IMG/VR virus record: IMGVR_UViG_3300036791_001436
Span: 1-64,000 of that record
Direction: 5' to 3' (one strand)
From: a virus
Length of the DNA stretch: 64,000 bases
In this document: positions 47,946-56,841 of the stretch, one piece after another
How positions within the stretch are numbered: position 1 is the first letter of the stretch
How the letters are laid out: each line of letters opens with the position of its first letter
The notes under the pieces: model-generated
What the model was told of the DNA's origin: nothing
Databases searched by the model: none
The model's input: only the letters and a program-made list of their open reading frames with translations
Translations under genes and position numbers: made by a program

Positions 47946-49496
47946 CTAGTCGGCGACAGACTCTGTGACCATAGCTTTTGCTCCCTTTGTTAGAAGGGTC
48001 TTGATGTGCTTCGGGTAGGTGAGGAGGCGGGTCACATTCCACCCCTTTGCCATGATATACTCCCACAGGTCGATGTCGAAGGTATCCTGGCATTGGCAGT
48101 AATAGGCGAAGCATGTGTCTTCCGAGGTGAGACGGTGGAGACGATCCTCAGCCTGTTCGTTCTCGTCCTTGTCCCACTCGTACCCGATGAAGGCGCAATA
48201 GCTGGCGTACGGTGCTAGCTCGAAGGATTCCGCGTACTTGATCGTGCACACGATCACCCCTGTTGGGGATTGGGACCATGCCTTGATGATCTCTTCCTGC
48301 TCTATCGGGTTCACTCCTCCTCTGAGGATCCAGGTTGGCAGGTTCCGTGCGTTGCGAAGGTAGTCCGCGAAGTGATCGCACGGTGCCCTATAGGGGGTGT
48401 ATATGACGTACTTCGAGATGTCGTTCTCGGCGAACTCGTCAGCCACTGCTTCGATCGCTGCGCCGACCCCTAGCTGCTCGTTGAGGGCCTTGGGACATAC
48501 TAGAGCCATCCGAGCAGCGTGGAGAGCAGCTAGTTCGTTGGCACGGACAATGAAATCCCCATCTGGTAACTCGGCGAGCGAGTCTTCCCGTAGGGACTCG
48601 TATAACTTCCGCTGCCAGGGCTCCAGTTCATACTCCAGCGGGAGCCGAACCTTGTCCTTCAGGTGCTTGGCTACCTGGTGCTTCTTGACACTGGTGAACC
48701 AAGGGGCTACTGCATTCTGCCACTGAGGTATGTTCTTGGGCCCTAGGATGGTCTTCCCGTACCCGGAGTCGTCAATCAGGCAGAACATGTTGACGTACTT
48801 CCAGTAGGAGCTCCAGGTTCGAGGGTCCAAGATGTTGAGCGCTGGCCAGATATCCTGGGGCCCCGTGGTGATAGCGCTACCAGAGAGGAAGATTTTGACC
48901 AGGGGGCGCGGTGAATAGGCTAGGTGCTGCTTCAGGAGTTTGAACGTGGCGGAGTCCTTATGGCGCATGTACCGATGGAACTCATCGAAGATCCATCCTG
49001 GGGACTTCCAGACCCATTGGGGAACAGCGTCCGTGGTGTTGACGTGCTTGCCAGTGCGACGTGCGCTGTCGGAGAGCAGAGTGGCCGCTGGGATGACGAA
49101 CACCTTGGCCTCTGGATTCCCCCATTGTTGAGCGCGAATGGCTCTCCCCTTGTCACCTACTGCGCTCTTTGGGGCGTACACCAACTGGACCTTGGCCGCA
49201 TCCTCTGGGAGCCACTTTTCTGTTTCCTTCTTGTAGGTACGGAGACCACGCCCAGTGGTGAGAACGATAAGGGGGTATGCATTAAAATGTCGGGCAATTA
49301 GCAGGGCGAGGATGGTCTTGCCTAGTCCCTTATCCACACCAAAGATATGTCTGCCGGCACGGAGACGGACCCCACGATCGTAGCAGACTAGTCCATAGGG
49401 GTGCAGCTCGATGTTCTGGGGGTAGGGTTGTTGTACATGACGGTTCTCGATGTACTGCTCGAACTCGTCCAGCTCCGCTTCTTGGGTCTGGGTCAT
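47946..49496 (-). CDS. SNF2-like SF2 helicase
   Basis: Motifs DKGLGKT, IFDEFH, LSGS and QAEDRLHR. Confidence 0.85.
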   Translation of the reverse strand: MTQTQEAELDEFEQYIENRHVQQPYPQNIELHPYGLVCYDRGVRLRAGRHIFGVDKGLGKTILALLIARHFNAYPLIVLTTGRGLRTYKKETEKWLPEDAAKVQLVYAPKSAVGDKGRAIRAQQWGNPEAKVFVIPAATLLSDSARRTGKHVNTTDAVPQWVWKSPGWIFDEFHRYMRHKDSATFKLLKQHLAYSPRPLVKIFLSGSAITTGPQDIWPALNILDPRTWSSYWKYVNMFCLIDDSGYGKTILGPKNIPQWQNAVAPWFTSVKKHQVAKHLKDKVRLPLEYELEPWQRKLYESLREDSLAELPDGDFIVRANELAALHAARMALVCPKALNEQLGVGAAIEAVADEFAENDISKYVIYTPYRAPCDHFADYLRNARNLPTWILRGGVNPIEQEEIIKAWSQSPTGVIVCTIKYAESFELAPYASYCAFIGYEWDKDENEQAEDRLHRLTSEDTCFAYYCQCQDTFDIDLWEYIMAKGWNVTRLLTYPKHIKTLLTKGAKAMVTESVAD

Positions 49497-49834
49497 GGGA
49501 GTTCGATCCCGTACTTCACTTTGAACCCCTCAACGAACCTGTTCAGTTCGTCGGCGATCTGCCCCATGCGGATCTCATCTGCCGGGGTGGGTTCTTCACT
49601 ACCAGGGTCGAGCATTGTCATTATGGAACCGAGGAGGTGTTGGGCTCCAGCGAAGAATGCCATGCGCATTTCCTCCAGTTGGATCTCCGGGGCGTCAGGA
49701 GGAATTGCCATCTCTCGCATGCCCAGCCACCCTGCTTCGATCAGCAGGCCGTCGGCAACCGCTTTCCTCGTGACCTTGGCGACAATTGCCTGTAGGCGTT
49801 CTCTGTCTTGAGCTTCGCGCTCTTCGTTGGTCAT
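49493..49834 (-). CDS. hypothetical protein
   Basis: ATGA overlaps on both sides. Contains EMRMAFFAGA. Confidence 0.6.
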   Translation of the reverse strand: MTNEEREAQDRERLQAIVAKVTRKAVADGLLIEAGWLGMREMAIPPDAPEIQLEEMRMAFFAGAQHLLGSIMTMLDPGSEEPTPADEIRMGQIADELNRFVEGFKVKYGIELP

Positions 49835-50547
49835 GTCAGGTTCTCCGTTGCTCGGTGGTCGGGGATGTCAGGGAAGTATTTCATGATCGCATTCCAGCAC
49901 AGGTTTGCGATATGACGGTGCTCCTTCTGGGAACCTTCTTTTGTGCGCACACGGGTGTAGTGGTACCAGTCTCGTATGCGCCCGTTGAAGTACATCTTGG
50001 TTGGGGTGTTCCCTTCTGGGAGCACTACTCGGGCCTGCTCCTTAGCAATGCCTCTAGCGAGCGCCTGGTTGTAGACAGCGATGGCTCGGAGCCAGATTTC
50101 CCCTTGGGCGGCTAGCCACCACTCTTGGTCGCCGAGTTGTTGAGGATCACGAAGGTCAGGTTCTAAGGAACCTTGGCGGTTGATGGGGTCTTGGTATCGT
50201 AGTTCCCTGAGGATAGGACCTCTGATATCGGTCCCAACCTCAGCATAGCGCTGGGAGAATTCCTGGGGCTTTAAGGAGGAGTGTCGAAGGATCTGTCGCC
50301 CGATGTCACGAGTGGCGAGGATCTCGCATGTGGCATCCACCATCTCCAGTGGGGACCACTCCTCTCTCCTGATCAGACCGCGGATCAGTTTTGCTCCAGT
50401 CCTGTGGTTGGTCTGGTTGGCTTCGTTGCTCACGCGGGCATAGAATGCCAGCAGCTCCTGAGGGGTCTTGACCCCGTACACCTCCTGCAGTTCTTGGGTC
50501 GGCATGGAGATGGAGGTCACTCTTGCGTCATAACCGACTATGGTCAT
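49831..50547 (-). CDS. thyX: flavin-dependent thymidylate synthase
   Basis: Motifs YARVSN, WSPLEM, RQILRHS..QEFSQRY, EQARVVLP and QKEH. Confidence 0.9.
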   Translation of the reverse strand: MTIVGYDARVTSISMPTQELQEVYGVKTPQELLAFYARVSNEANQTNHRTGAKLIRGLIRREEWSPLEMVDATCEILATRDIGRQILRHSSLKPQEFSQRYAEVGTDIRGPILRELRYQDPINRQGSLEPDLRDPQQLGDQEWWLAAQGEIWLRAIAVYNQALARGIAKEQARVVLPEGNTPTKMYFNGRIRDWYHYTRVRTKEGSQKEHRHIANLCWNAIMKYFPDIPDHRATENLT

Positions 50548-50750
50548 TCCTCGTCCTCGTACTCCAGGTCACTGATGTGGCACGAGCGGTAGCGAGGGAA
50601 TTCGCTCCCCTCTGGTTGCCACCGCACCCAGGCTGCGCCTGCTGGATAGGGACACTCTGGGTCGGTGGCCAAGACTAGGACGCGGACGCCCGCTGGCAGC
50701 ACCTGGGTGGGGCCCACCCACTTCGCCCAGCGTTGCTTGTGTTCCTGCAT
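50544..50750 (-). CDS. hypothetical protein
   Basis: Start ATG 50750. Overlaps the thyX start. Confidence 0.45.
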   Translation of the reverse strand: MQEHKQRWAKWVGPTQVLPAGVRVLVLATDPECPYPAGAAWVRWQPEGSEFPRYRSCHISDLEYEDEE

Positions 50751-50751
50751 G

Positions 50752-51045
50752 TTAGTGCACCGCTTCCTTCTCGACGAAGATGTGCCAGACGTACTCGCTG
50801 ATAGGCGGCTGGAGGACGGTGTCAACGTAGTCCTCGGGCTCGACATGAACTTCCGTGGTGTCTAGGTTCCACCCTGTGCCTACTATCCAGACCCTACGTG
50901 GCATTAAGGGTTGGCCCTCATCTACGAACGCCCACAGAGTCAGCTGTGGCCCTTGGAACGCTACCTTCAATATCTTGGAGCCCTTAGGCAGACGTAGCGT
51001 CTGCTGCGAAGTCAGGTTCAACGGGTACTTGAAGATGATGGCCAT
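50752..51045 (-). CDS. conserved phage hypothetical protein
   Basis: IFKYPL..LRLPKGSKILKV..LWAFVD..IVGTGW..YVWHIF is a recurrent phage family pattern. Confidence 0.65.
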   Translation of the reverse strand: MAIIFKYPLNLTSQQTLRLPKGSKILKVAFQGPQLTLWAFVDEGQPLMPRRVWIVGTGWNLDTTEVHVEPEDYVDTVLQPPISEYVWHIFVEKEAVH

Positions 51046-51296
51046 GCTATTGTCCTGGGCGTCCTGTCTTGATTGGGCGATTAGGGTTACGGCCTTTGAT
51101 GCGCGCCACACGAGGGCTCACCTGCTTCGGGAGTTCGGGGCCCCTCAACTTTGGGATGGGATAGAAGTGGCGACATAGGTGTCCTTCCGGACCTATGTGT
51201 AGCACGATCAAAGGCGGTATTGCGTGCTCTTGCCCACGAGCGAAGCACTCGCATAGGTTGTGCAGCGTGCACTCATGGTTATGACAGTAATCCTGC

Positions 51297-51890
51297 TCAG
51301 AGTTCGCGGCCATTAGGGGTGTAGCCCTTGTTGTCTTCCACTGGCGGTTCCAGATCCCAGTCTGTAGATTCTGCCGCATGGCGTGCGTAGTTGACTGCCT
51401 TGTCGAAGCTTCCGAACCCTAGAGCATAGTCCCGTTGGTTGTTCTGGGATTGGATCTTGAACACCTGGTACGGGTTACGGCGGGCTTCTTTGTTGTAGCG
51501 GACTTCGAAGTAGTTCACGCTGTCGGTGTACCCTGTCCGGTATGCCGTGCGGGTTATGAGGGACGTTGCCTCTGCTGGTATGAACGGTGGCAACACCTCT
51601 CGCCAGGGGGTCCTAACTGGGGTCACCTCTGCCTCTTTCCCCATCGCAGGGCTTGCCTCTGCCTCTTTCCCCACCTTGGCTGGCTGCTCATCGTTCAGGT
51701 CAGCTATCAAGTCTGCTACGTTGCTGAAGCTCTTAGTCTCGCCGGCCTCAGCGGCCCTGATAGCCTCTTGCGTCTCAGCGTTGGGCTGAGGTTCAGGCTC
51801 TGCTTTGATGTACGCCGGCCCGCTCCTGAACGAGGCTGGGGGCAGAGCGGGGGTCCACTTCCCTGTCTTGAGCCAATTGATCAGTCCCAT
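51297..51890 (-). CDS. hypothetical protein with a DinJ/RelB antitoxin-like segment
   Basis: PNAETQEAIRAAEAGETKSFSNVADLIADLN. Internal 18-bp repeat at 51626-51643 and 51656-51673. Confidence 0.6.
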   Translation of the reverse strand: MGLINWLKTGKWTPALPPASFRSGPAYIKAEPEPQPNAETQEAIRAAEAGETKSFSNVADLIADLNDEQPAKVGKEAEASPAMGKEAEVTPVRTPWREVLPPFIPAEATSLITRTAYRTGYTDSVNYFEVRYNKEARRNPYQVFKIQSQNNQRDYALGFGSFDKAVNYARHAAESTDWDLEPPVEDNKGYTPNGREL

Positions 51891-51896
51891 GGTGTT

Positions 51897-52928
51897 TTAC
51901 CCGATGTCTATTGGGTCGCGGAAGCCTTTGAAGACTGGCGTCCGCGGCGCGGTGTAGCCCCCACCGTATCCTTGGTGCTTAAATTTGACCGTCTTCCCGA
52001 TCAGCTGCTCCCGGAGGAGCCATAGGGATTCCTTTTCTGCCATGCTGAGACCGTCGAACACCCCGATGCTGAAGTGGATCTGGAGGTTCTGGGTTTCGTT
52101 GCCTAGGGGTGGGTAGTCCATTACTACCTGCAGAGCCCCTAGGCAGTCTAGGGCTACCAGGTTCTCCTGGTGCGCGGAGCGGCTTGTGAGCCCGAGTTCG
52201 TTCTCCGTCTGAGGGTTGTTGTTCTGGTAGCGGGGCTCATACCCTACGACCACTGCCTCCGCATCCTCGAACCGCTTCAGCTTCGTGAGCAGACCCTGTT
52301 TGGCGGTTGATCGACCGAATTTGTACCCTCCGATGCTGCGCCGCACGATCGCCCCTTCCCACCCCTGCTCGAGGAATTTGCGTTCCAGTTCGTAGATGTC
52401 GCCCAGTGTCGCTGCGGTCTCGTTCGGGACTACCACGATCTGCGCGCAGTACTCGCCGTTGGTGCCTCGCACCTTGATGGCCTTGTTGGCCACGAGGTCG
52501 AAAGAGCGTTCATGGGAGGACAGTTCGTTGATTAGCATCTGAGGGCGCCACCTGCGGATCGAGAAGTCCTCCGGCCACATGATGTCGAAGAGGTACACGG
52601 TGAACTCCGGGCTCCCCTCTTCGCTTCGGATCCCGGACATCGATGTTCGGAACACCGTTGGGTCGTAGGTGTGTCCAGAGATCACCTCGCCATCGCAGTT
52701 CATCAGTTCGAAGTGGAAGTCCTGCGCGAACTGTTGCAGGTACTTGTTAGCGTGAGGTTTCCACGAACGGCTCCTGGCGATGCCGTCACGGTCGAAGACC
52801 ACCCGCATCCCGTCGATCTTCGGCTGCACGTAGAGGAACTTGTCTTCCGCTAGGTGCGCGTGTACGATCTGCTCGTCGAACTTCTGCGCCGCGAGCATCG
52901 GCCTGATCTGTGTGTTCTCAGTGGTCAT
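51897..52928 (-). CDS. ATP-dependent DNA ligase
   Basis: KxDG motif QPKIDGMR, plus DGEV, WEGAIVR, KLKRFEDAEA and PRTPVF. Confidence 0.92.
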   Translation of the reverse strand: MTTENTQIRPMLAAQKFDEQIVHAHLAEDKFLYVQPKIDGMRVVFDRDGIARSRSWKPHANKYLQQFAQDFHFELMNCDGEVISGHTYDPTVFRTSMSGIRSEEGSPEFTVYLFDIMWPEDFSIRRWRPQMLINELSSHERSFDLVANKAIKVRGTNGEYCAQIVVVPNETAATLGDIYELERKFLEQGWEGAIVRRSIGGYKFGRSTAKQGLLTKLKRFEDAEAVVVGYEPRYQNNNPQTENELGLTSRSAHQENLVALDCLGALQVVMDYPPLGNETQNLQIHFSIGVFDGLSMAEKESLWLLREQLIGKTVKFKHQGYGGGYTAPRTPVFKGFRDPIDIG

Positions 52929-52932
52929 GGCC

Positions 52933-53277
52933 CTACCTCCTCCGGTGCCTGACAGGGTCGATCACGTTCAGCAGATCGTACGCATCGTCGTCGAGGTCGA
53001 ATCGATCCGTGTTCCCATATGCCCATCGGCAATACTTGGGGTCTGCTCGGATGAGATCCTCTACGAGGACTCCTGCGTACTTCCCGAACTTGATAGTGTC
53101 GCCGAGACTGTACACTGTTCGTATGGAGGTGAAGCTACGGATCATCACCTCGGCGAAGTGGTTAGGGGTGATCCCTCGTTCCGCCGCTGTGTTGTAGAAG
53201 TCCTGAGCCACCTCGAATGGCACATCGATGACGATGCGCTGCACCTCTGGCTGGTTGGTTAGTGTCAGGGATCCCAT
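52933..53277 (-). CDS. protein with an FGKY (DUF3820/ExoX C-terminal-like) domain
   Basis: IKFGKYAGVLVEDLIRADPKYCRW. Confidence 0.6.
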   Translation of the reverse strand: MGSLTLTNQPEVQRIVIDVPFEVAQDFYNTAAERGITPNHFAEVMIRSFTSIRTVYSLGDTIKFGKYAGVLVEDLIRADPKYCRWAYGNTDRFDLDDDAYDLLNVIDPVRHRRR

Positions 53278-53311
53278 GGTTGGCCTACCGCCTCCTTTTC
53301 GTCGTCATTAT

Positions 53312-53340
53312 ATTATATAGCACCCAACGAGTGACCTCAA
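53312..53340 (-). promoter_or_regulatory. sigma70-type promoter
   Basis: TTGAGG-N17-TATAAT. Confidence 0.75.
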
Positions 53341-54011
53341 GAGTCCAAATTGTGGTTGCCATTGTTTCTGTTGGCTCGGGCCTTGTCGATCATCGCCCGG
53401 ACCTCTGGTGACATCTTCCGCTCATGCCCCTTAGGGGTGTATCCCGATTCTACCAGGCTGTACTTTGGTGGCCGGTCTTCTAGGATGTTGATGATCTCCT
53501 CCGCCCACATCTCCGACAGCATCTGGTTCTCTGCCGTTGCCATCTTCCCGTCCACCGTCAAGCTGACGGTTTGGAGTACGGCACCAAACTCCTCCAGCCG
53601 TTGTCGCGATCGGACTAGGGGGAAGAAGCTCACCCGCTTTCCTTGGGCAATTGGTGCTAGTGTAGGGACCGAACAACAGATGGCAGAGGTCATCTTGCCC
53701 TCGCCTTGAAACCCCCTCAGTAGTTGCTGCAAGTGGTCGTCCGTCCAGTAAGCCTCTGTGTCGGCCATGTTGCCTGACACCACTACGATCCCGTCTAGGG
53801 TTGGAGTGGAATGGGCCGTCACCGCCTCAAGAGGGCTGACTTGATAGACTGTCCTCTGGATAGTGTTGGGACGTAGTGTCAGCTCATCCCGGATTAGGGT
53901 TTCTTGCGACACGACTTCGAAGGAGTGCCCCTTTTTCTGGAGCACCCCCAACAGGGTCCACAGCTCATGGCCATTGTACCTCTTCGCACATACAACTAGC
54001 ACTTTGGACAT
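53337..54011 (-). CDS. DJ-1/PfpI family protein
   Basis: Motifs KVLVV..YNGHE, DGIVVVSG, nucleophile-elbow SAICCS and LTVDGKMATA. Confidence 0.8.
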   Translation of the reverse strand: MSKVLVVCAKRYNGHELWTLLGVLQKKGHSFEVVSQETLIRDELTLRPNTIQRTVYQVSPLEAVTAHSTPTLDGIVVVSGNMADTEAYWTDDHLQQLLRGFQGEGKMTSAICCSVPTLAPIAQGKRVSFFPLVRSRQRLEEFGAVLQTVSLTVDGKMATAENQMLSEMWAEEIINILEDRPPKYSLVESGYTPKGHERKMSPEVRAMIDKARANRNNGNHNLDS

Positions 54012-54031
54012 GGCTGTGGCTCCTGTAGGGG

Positions 54032-54433
54032 TTAGACCGTAGTGTCGGTTGCTTGGGCGCTGCGCGCTTCGACTTCTTCGGGGGTGATCGGCACTGCGGC
54101 CACATCACGCTCGGCGCCTAGGTTCCCTTCTGTGGTTGCCATATCCGGCTTCCAGTTGGGGATCACGTTCCCCTCGTCGTCCATATCGAGACGCATCAGG
54201 TGCAGATCGCCGCCGGCCGCGAAGAGTTTGATCGGCAGACTGTGGCTGTTGATGTACGCGGTGAGTACGGAGCGAAGATAGGCTGGATTCTTTCCGAGCC
54301 CGGTGATGTCGATCTTGGCGACCCTGTAGTTGGTCTCCATGAACCCCTTGATGATCGGGTAGGAAACCCTACCACGCCGACCAAGACGTTCAGTGGGGAC
54401 ATCTGCGGGATCGACTTCGACGAACTTGACCAT
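54032..54433 (-). CDS. hypothetical protein, possibly DNA-binding
   Basis: Start ATG 54433 with SD AAGGA. Biased codons. Confidence 0.65.
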   Translation of the reverse strand: MVKFVEVDPADVPTERLGRRGRVSYPIIKGFMETNYRVAKIDITGLGKNPAYLRSVLTAYINSHSLPIKLFAAGGDLHLMRLDMDDEGNVIPNWKPDMATTEGNLGAERDVAAVPITPEEVEARSAQATDTTV

Positions 54434-54483
54434 TATGCTATTCCTTGACCTCTTGCCCTCAGGCATATTGATATAATACATAA

Positions 54484-54512
54484 ATCATATATGTATCAGA
54501 TGTAGAAGTCAA
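54484..54512 (-). promoter_or_regulatory. sigma70-type promoter
   Basis: TTGACT-N17-TATGAT in an AT-rich gap. Confidence 0.65.
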
Positions 54513-54541
54513 CAACTAATATATGTTCATCATAAAAATAC

Positions 54542-55111
54542 CTACGTCGGAGGTTTACCTTCCCAGTCACTACGCTTATTGCGCCCCTGCTCTTCGCTCG
54601 TAGCCCAACGGACTTGACGTGTCTTGCCGTCAGCTTGGTATGGTTGATAGTTGCCACGAGGATCGACTCTGTCTAGGGTATGATCCTTACTAGGTGCTGG
54701 CCCCATGAAGGCTATGAAGTTCGCCCAACCTTGTGGGTTATCCCTGTGCCATTCAGGACATACGATAACTCCCTTGGCTCCATAGTACGGATACCCTACG
54801 TGGTCTGGATGGTAGCATCTACGCATCATCATCCACCAAATACCCCGCTCACGGGGGAAGGGGTTGGCGTCCGCGTAGGTGATGCAGCCGCAGCTGCGCT
54901 TTGGCCATTTTGGGCGGAGGAGGTAGAATGCTGGCACGGACTCACGCTTACCACAGTCGCACTCAACCCTCCACCGGGAGTTCTGTGCTCCCTTGACGCT
55001 CACCCGCTGGATCACCGTTAGGTATCCAAACCTGGCTCCGGGGTACACTCCAACTTTACGCGCGCGCTCCGTACGCTTGTCAGCCTTGTGCTTGTGAGTG
55101 GCTTGTGGCAT
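54542..55111 (-). CDS. HNH-type homing endonuclease-like protein
   Basis: Motifs RFGYLTV, ECDCG, SCGC, MMRRCY, VCPEW, TLDRVD..GNY and VRWAT..Q.RN. Confidence 0.8.
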   Translation of the reverse strand: MPQATHKHKADKRTERARKVGVYPGARFGYLTVIQRVSVKGAQNSRWRVECDCGKRESVPAFYLLRPKWPKRSCGCITYADANPFPRERGIWWMMMRRCYHPDHVGYPYYGAKGVIVCPEWHRDNPQGWANFIAFMGPAPSKDHTLDRVDPRGNYQPYQADGKTRQVRWATSEEQGRNKRSDWEGKPPT

Positions 55112-55162
55112 CAGTCCTCAGCCTTGTGCTTGTGAGTGGCTTGTGGCATCAGTCCTCAGCCT
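55080..55162. repeat. perfect 38-bp tandem duplication
   Basis: TCAGCCTTGTGCTTGTGAGTGGCTTGTGGCATCAGTCC x2, followed by TCAGCCT. Confidence 0.95.
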
Positions 55163-55472
55163 CATATCGATGGGTGCGTTCCACCTCTGCGACCTTCCAT
55201 ACGCGCACGTTGTTGCCTTCCTTCCTGCACGTAACCCACCCGGAGCCTCCTAATAGCCATGCAGTGGCTGATACCCTGCTCGTTGAGACGCGGCGGATGA
55301 GTACCGAGTCGCCAATGTCAGCTGCTATCAGCGCCTTGATACAAGCCGAGATGCCTCTGGATCGGTGGCGTCCTTCGGGTATCGGGATGCCCTTCTCGAT
55401 CACAGGGTCCAGGTTTGTGATCGTGTCGGGATCGTGTTCGTCGTCGGGTGCTGGTTTGGGTGAGGGTGGCAT
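55149..55472 (-). CDS. small phage protein (IEKGIPIP family)
   Basis: IEKGIPIP...IGDSV...VRVWK. SD GAAGGAG before ATG 55472. Confidence 0.65.
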   Translation of the reverse strand: MPPSPKPAPDDEHDPDTITNLDPVIEKGIPIPEGRHRSRGISACIKALIAADIGDSVLIRRVSTSRVSATAWLLGGSGWVTCRKEGNNVRVWKVAEVERTHRYEAED

Positions 55473-55497
55473 CACGTCTCCTTCCGCATCTATGTAT

Positions 55498-55526
55498 ATT
55501 ATATAGCACTCCTTATAGTCAAGCAA
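55498..55526 (-). promoter_or_regulatory. sigma70-type promoter
   Basis: TTGCTT-N17-TATAAT (GCTATATAAT). Confidence 0.7.
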
Positions 55527-55556
55527 GAGTCCAAATTTAGGGGCTAGGGGCTTGGG

Positions 55557-56123
55557 CTAAGTGCCGAAGATCAGATGATGGAGCAGGTGCCGCTCCGCGT
55601 CGCGAGCGTGCTTGAGTCCTTTGCTGTATAGATCCCACTGCATTAGCTTGTTGTCGGTGACGAAGGTCTTGCCGACGTAGGCCATCTGGAAGAGGATGGG
55701 TATTTGGAGCTGATGTGCGATTAGCCGGATCGCACCGATCAGCTGCAGGGTGTGTACCCCCGACCACTTGTGCTCTTCCGACTTCCAGCTGTAGACCTTG
55801 TAGTCCTCACACACCAACTGGATGGCAAGGGACTGGGCCTTTAGTGTGCTCAGCAACATCCCTATATCAGTTGCCCCACTTTCAAGGTGCTTGGTGTCCA
55901 TCTGCCGTAGGAGGATCCTGGTGTCCTTGTCCAAAGACATCGGGCGGATGGCTACTCCAGTGGTCTCTCCAGGGTCCAGTGCTACGATCGTGTGGTTGAT
56001 ATTGTCCTTCCAGTCCTTGGTCTGTTGGCGGGCGCTTCCGCGCACCTTCCAAAATAGGTCATTCGGGGTGACATACTCTACCCGCTCGTTCTGGTCCATC
56101 TCGTAGATGCCTGTGCTTGTCAT
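55557..56123 (-). CDS. RuvC-like Holliday junction resolvase
   Basis: Motifs VALDPGETTGVA, LVCEDY and HARDAERH. Confidence 0.75.
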   Translation of the reverse strand: MTSTGIYEMDQNERVEYVTPNDLFWKVRGSARQQTKDWKDNINHTIVALDPGETTGVAIRPMSLDKDTRILLRQMDTKHLESGATDIGMLLSTLKAQSLAIQLVCEDYKVYSWKSEEHKWSGVHTLQLIGAIRLIAHQLQIPILFQMAYVGKTFVTDNKLMQWDLYSKGLKHARDAERHLLHHLIFGT

Positions 56124-56163
56124 GTTGTTCTTGCTCTGTAGGTACTGTGGGGAAGCTTGGTGG

Positions 56164-56203
56164 AAGAAAACCCCAAGTCCGGGTCGATCAGTCGGACTTG
56201 GGG
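56164..56203 (-). terminator. intrinsic terminator
   Basis: CCCCAAGTCCG/CGGACTTGGGG stem followed by TTTTCTT on the minus strand. Confidence 0.75.
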
Positions 56204-56236
56204 CTCCTTCCCGCCGGGTGCGTGTTCGGGGGGCGC

Positions 56237-56335
56237 CTACCGGCAGAAACTAAGGGCTAGGATCAGGGCCATCCCGACCGTTGCTACTGTGGTGATCCAG
56301 GCGCTCTCACGCTGCCGCTCCCGAGGCGAGCGCAT
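56237..56335 (-). CDS. 32-aa single-TM peptide, absent from the ORF track
   Basis: MRSPRERQRESAWITTVATVGMALILALSFCR, with AGGTG upstream. Confidence 0.35.
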   Translation of the reverse strand: MRSPRERQRESAWITTVATVGMALILALSFCR

Positions 56336-56354
56336 TCTGCACCTGTGGGGTCGC

Positions 56355-56621
56355 TCATCGACTGAACACCTTCCATACCAGGACTCCGACGCCGATCATG
56401 ACGCCCCAGAAGAAGAGGCCGCCGGCCCAAGCACTGATCCACATCTGCCAAGCGGCTACCGGCGCTCTCTCGGGATAGTGGTCACGTGGCAGATCCCAAG
56501 GTCGAGGAGGGGAAGAAGGAGGTACGCTGCCGTGTCTCGTCGCTCCCGTGGCCTTCGCGATGCCGTCGATCAGTCGTTCGACTTCGGGGTCGACGTCGGG
56601 ATGGGGTTCGATTTCAGGCAT
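56355..56621 (-). CDS. membrane-anchored hypothetical protein
   Basis: C-terminal hydrophobic helix. SD GGAGG. Confidence 0.6.
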   Translation of the reverse strand: MPEIEPHPDVDPEVERLIDGIAKATGATRHGSVPPSSPPRPWDLPRDHYPERAPVAAWQMWISAWAGGLFFWGVMIGVGVLVWKVFSR

Positions 56622-56841
56622 GCCGCCTCCTCGCCCTTCCTGATGAAGGGCAACCCTTCGATCCTCCGACAGCGTTGGCAGTCAACGTCCATCGGGTTGC
56701 TACTGGCTAGTACCACCGGACCCCCACCCCAGCCGCGCCTCTGATAGGTTCCGTCTGACAGGCGCTGGACCATTATTCCGCACGCCGTACCGCCAGACGC
56801 TTTGTATAGGTAGTGGCGCTTCCGGGGATAGGACTTGACTG

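Noticed and set aside
55080-55162. Mini CRISPR array
   Set aside because: The repeats are directly adjacent with no spacers, so this is a simple tandem duplication.
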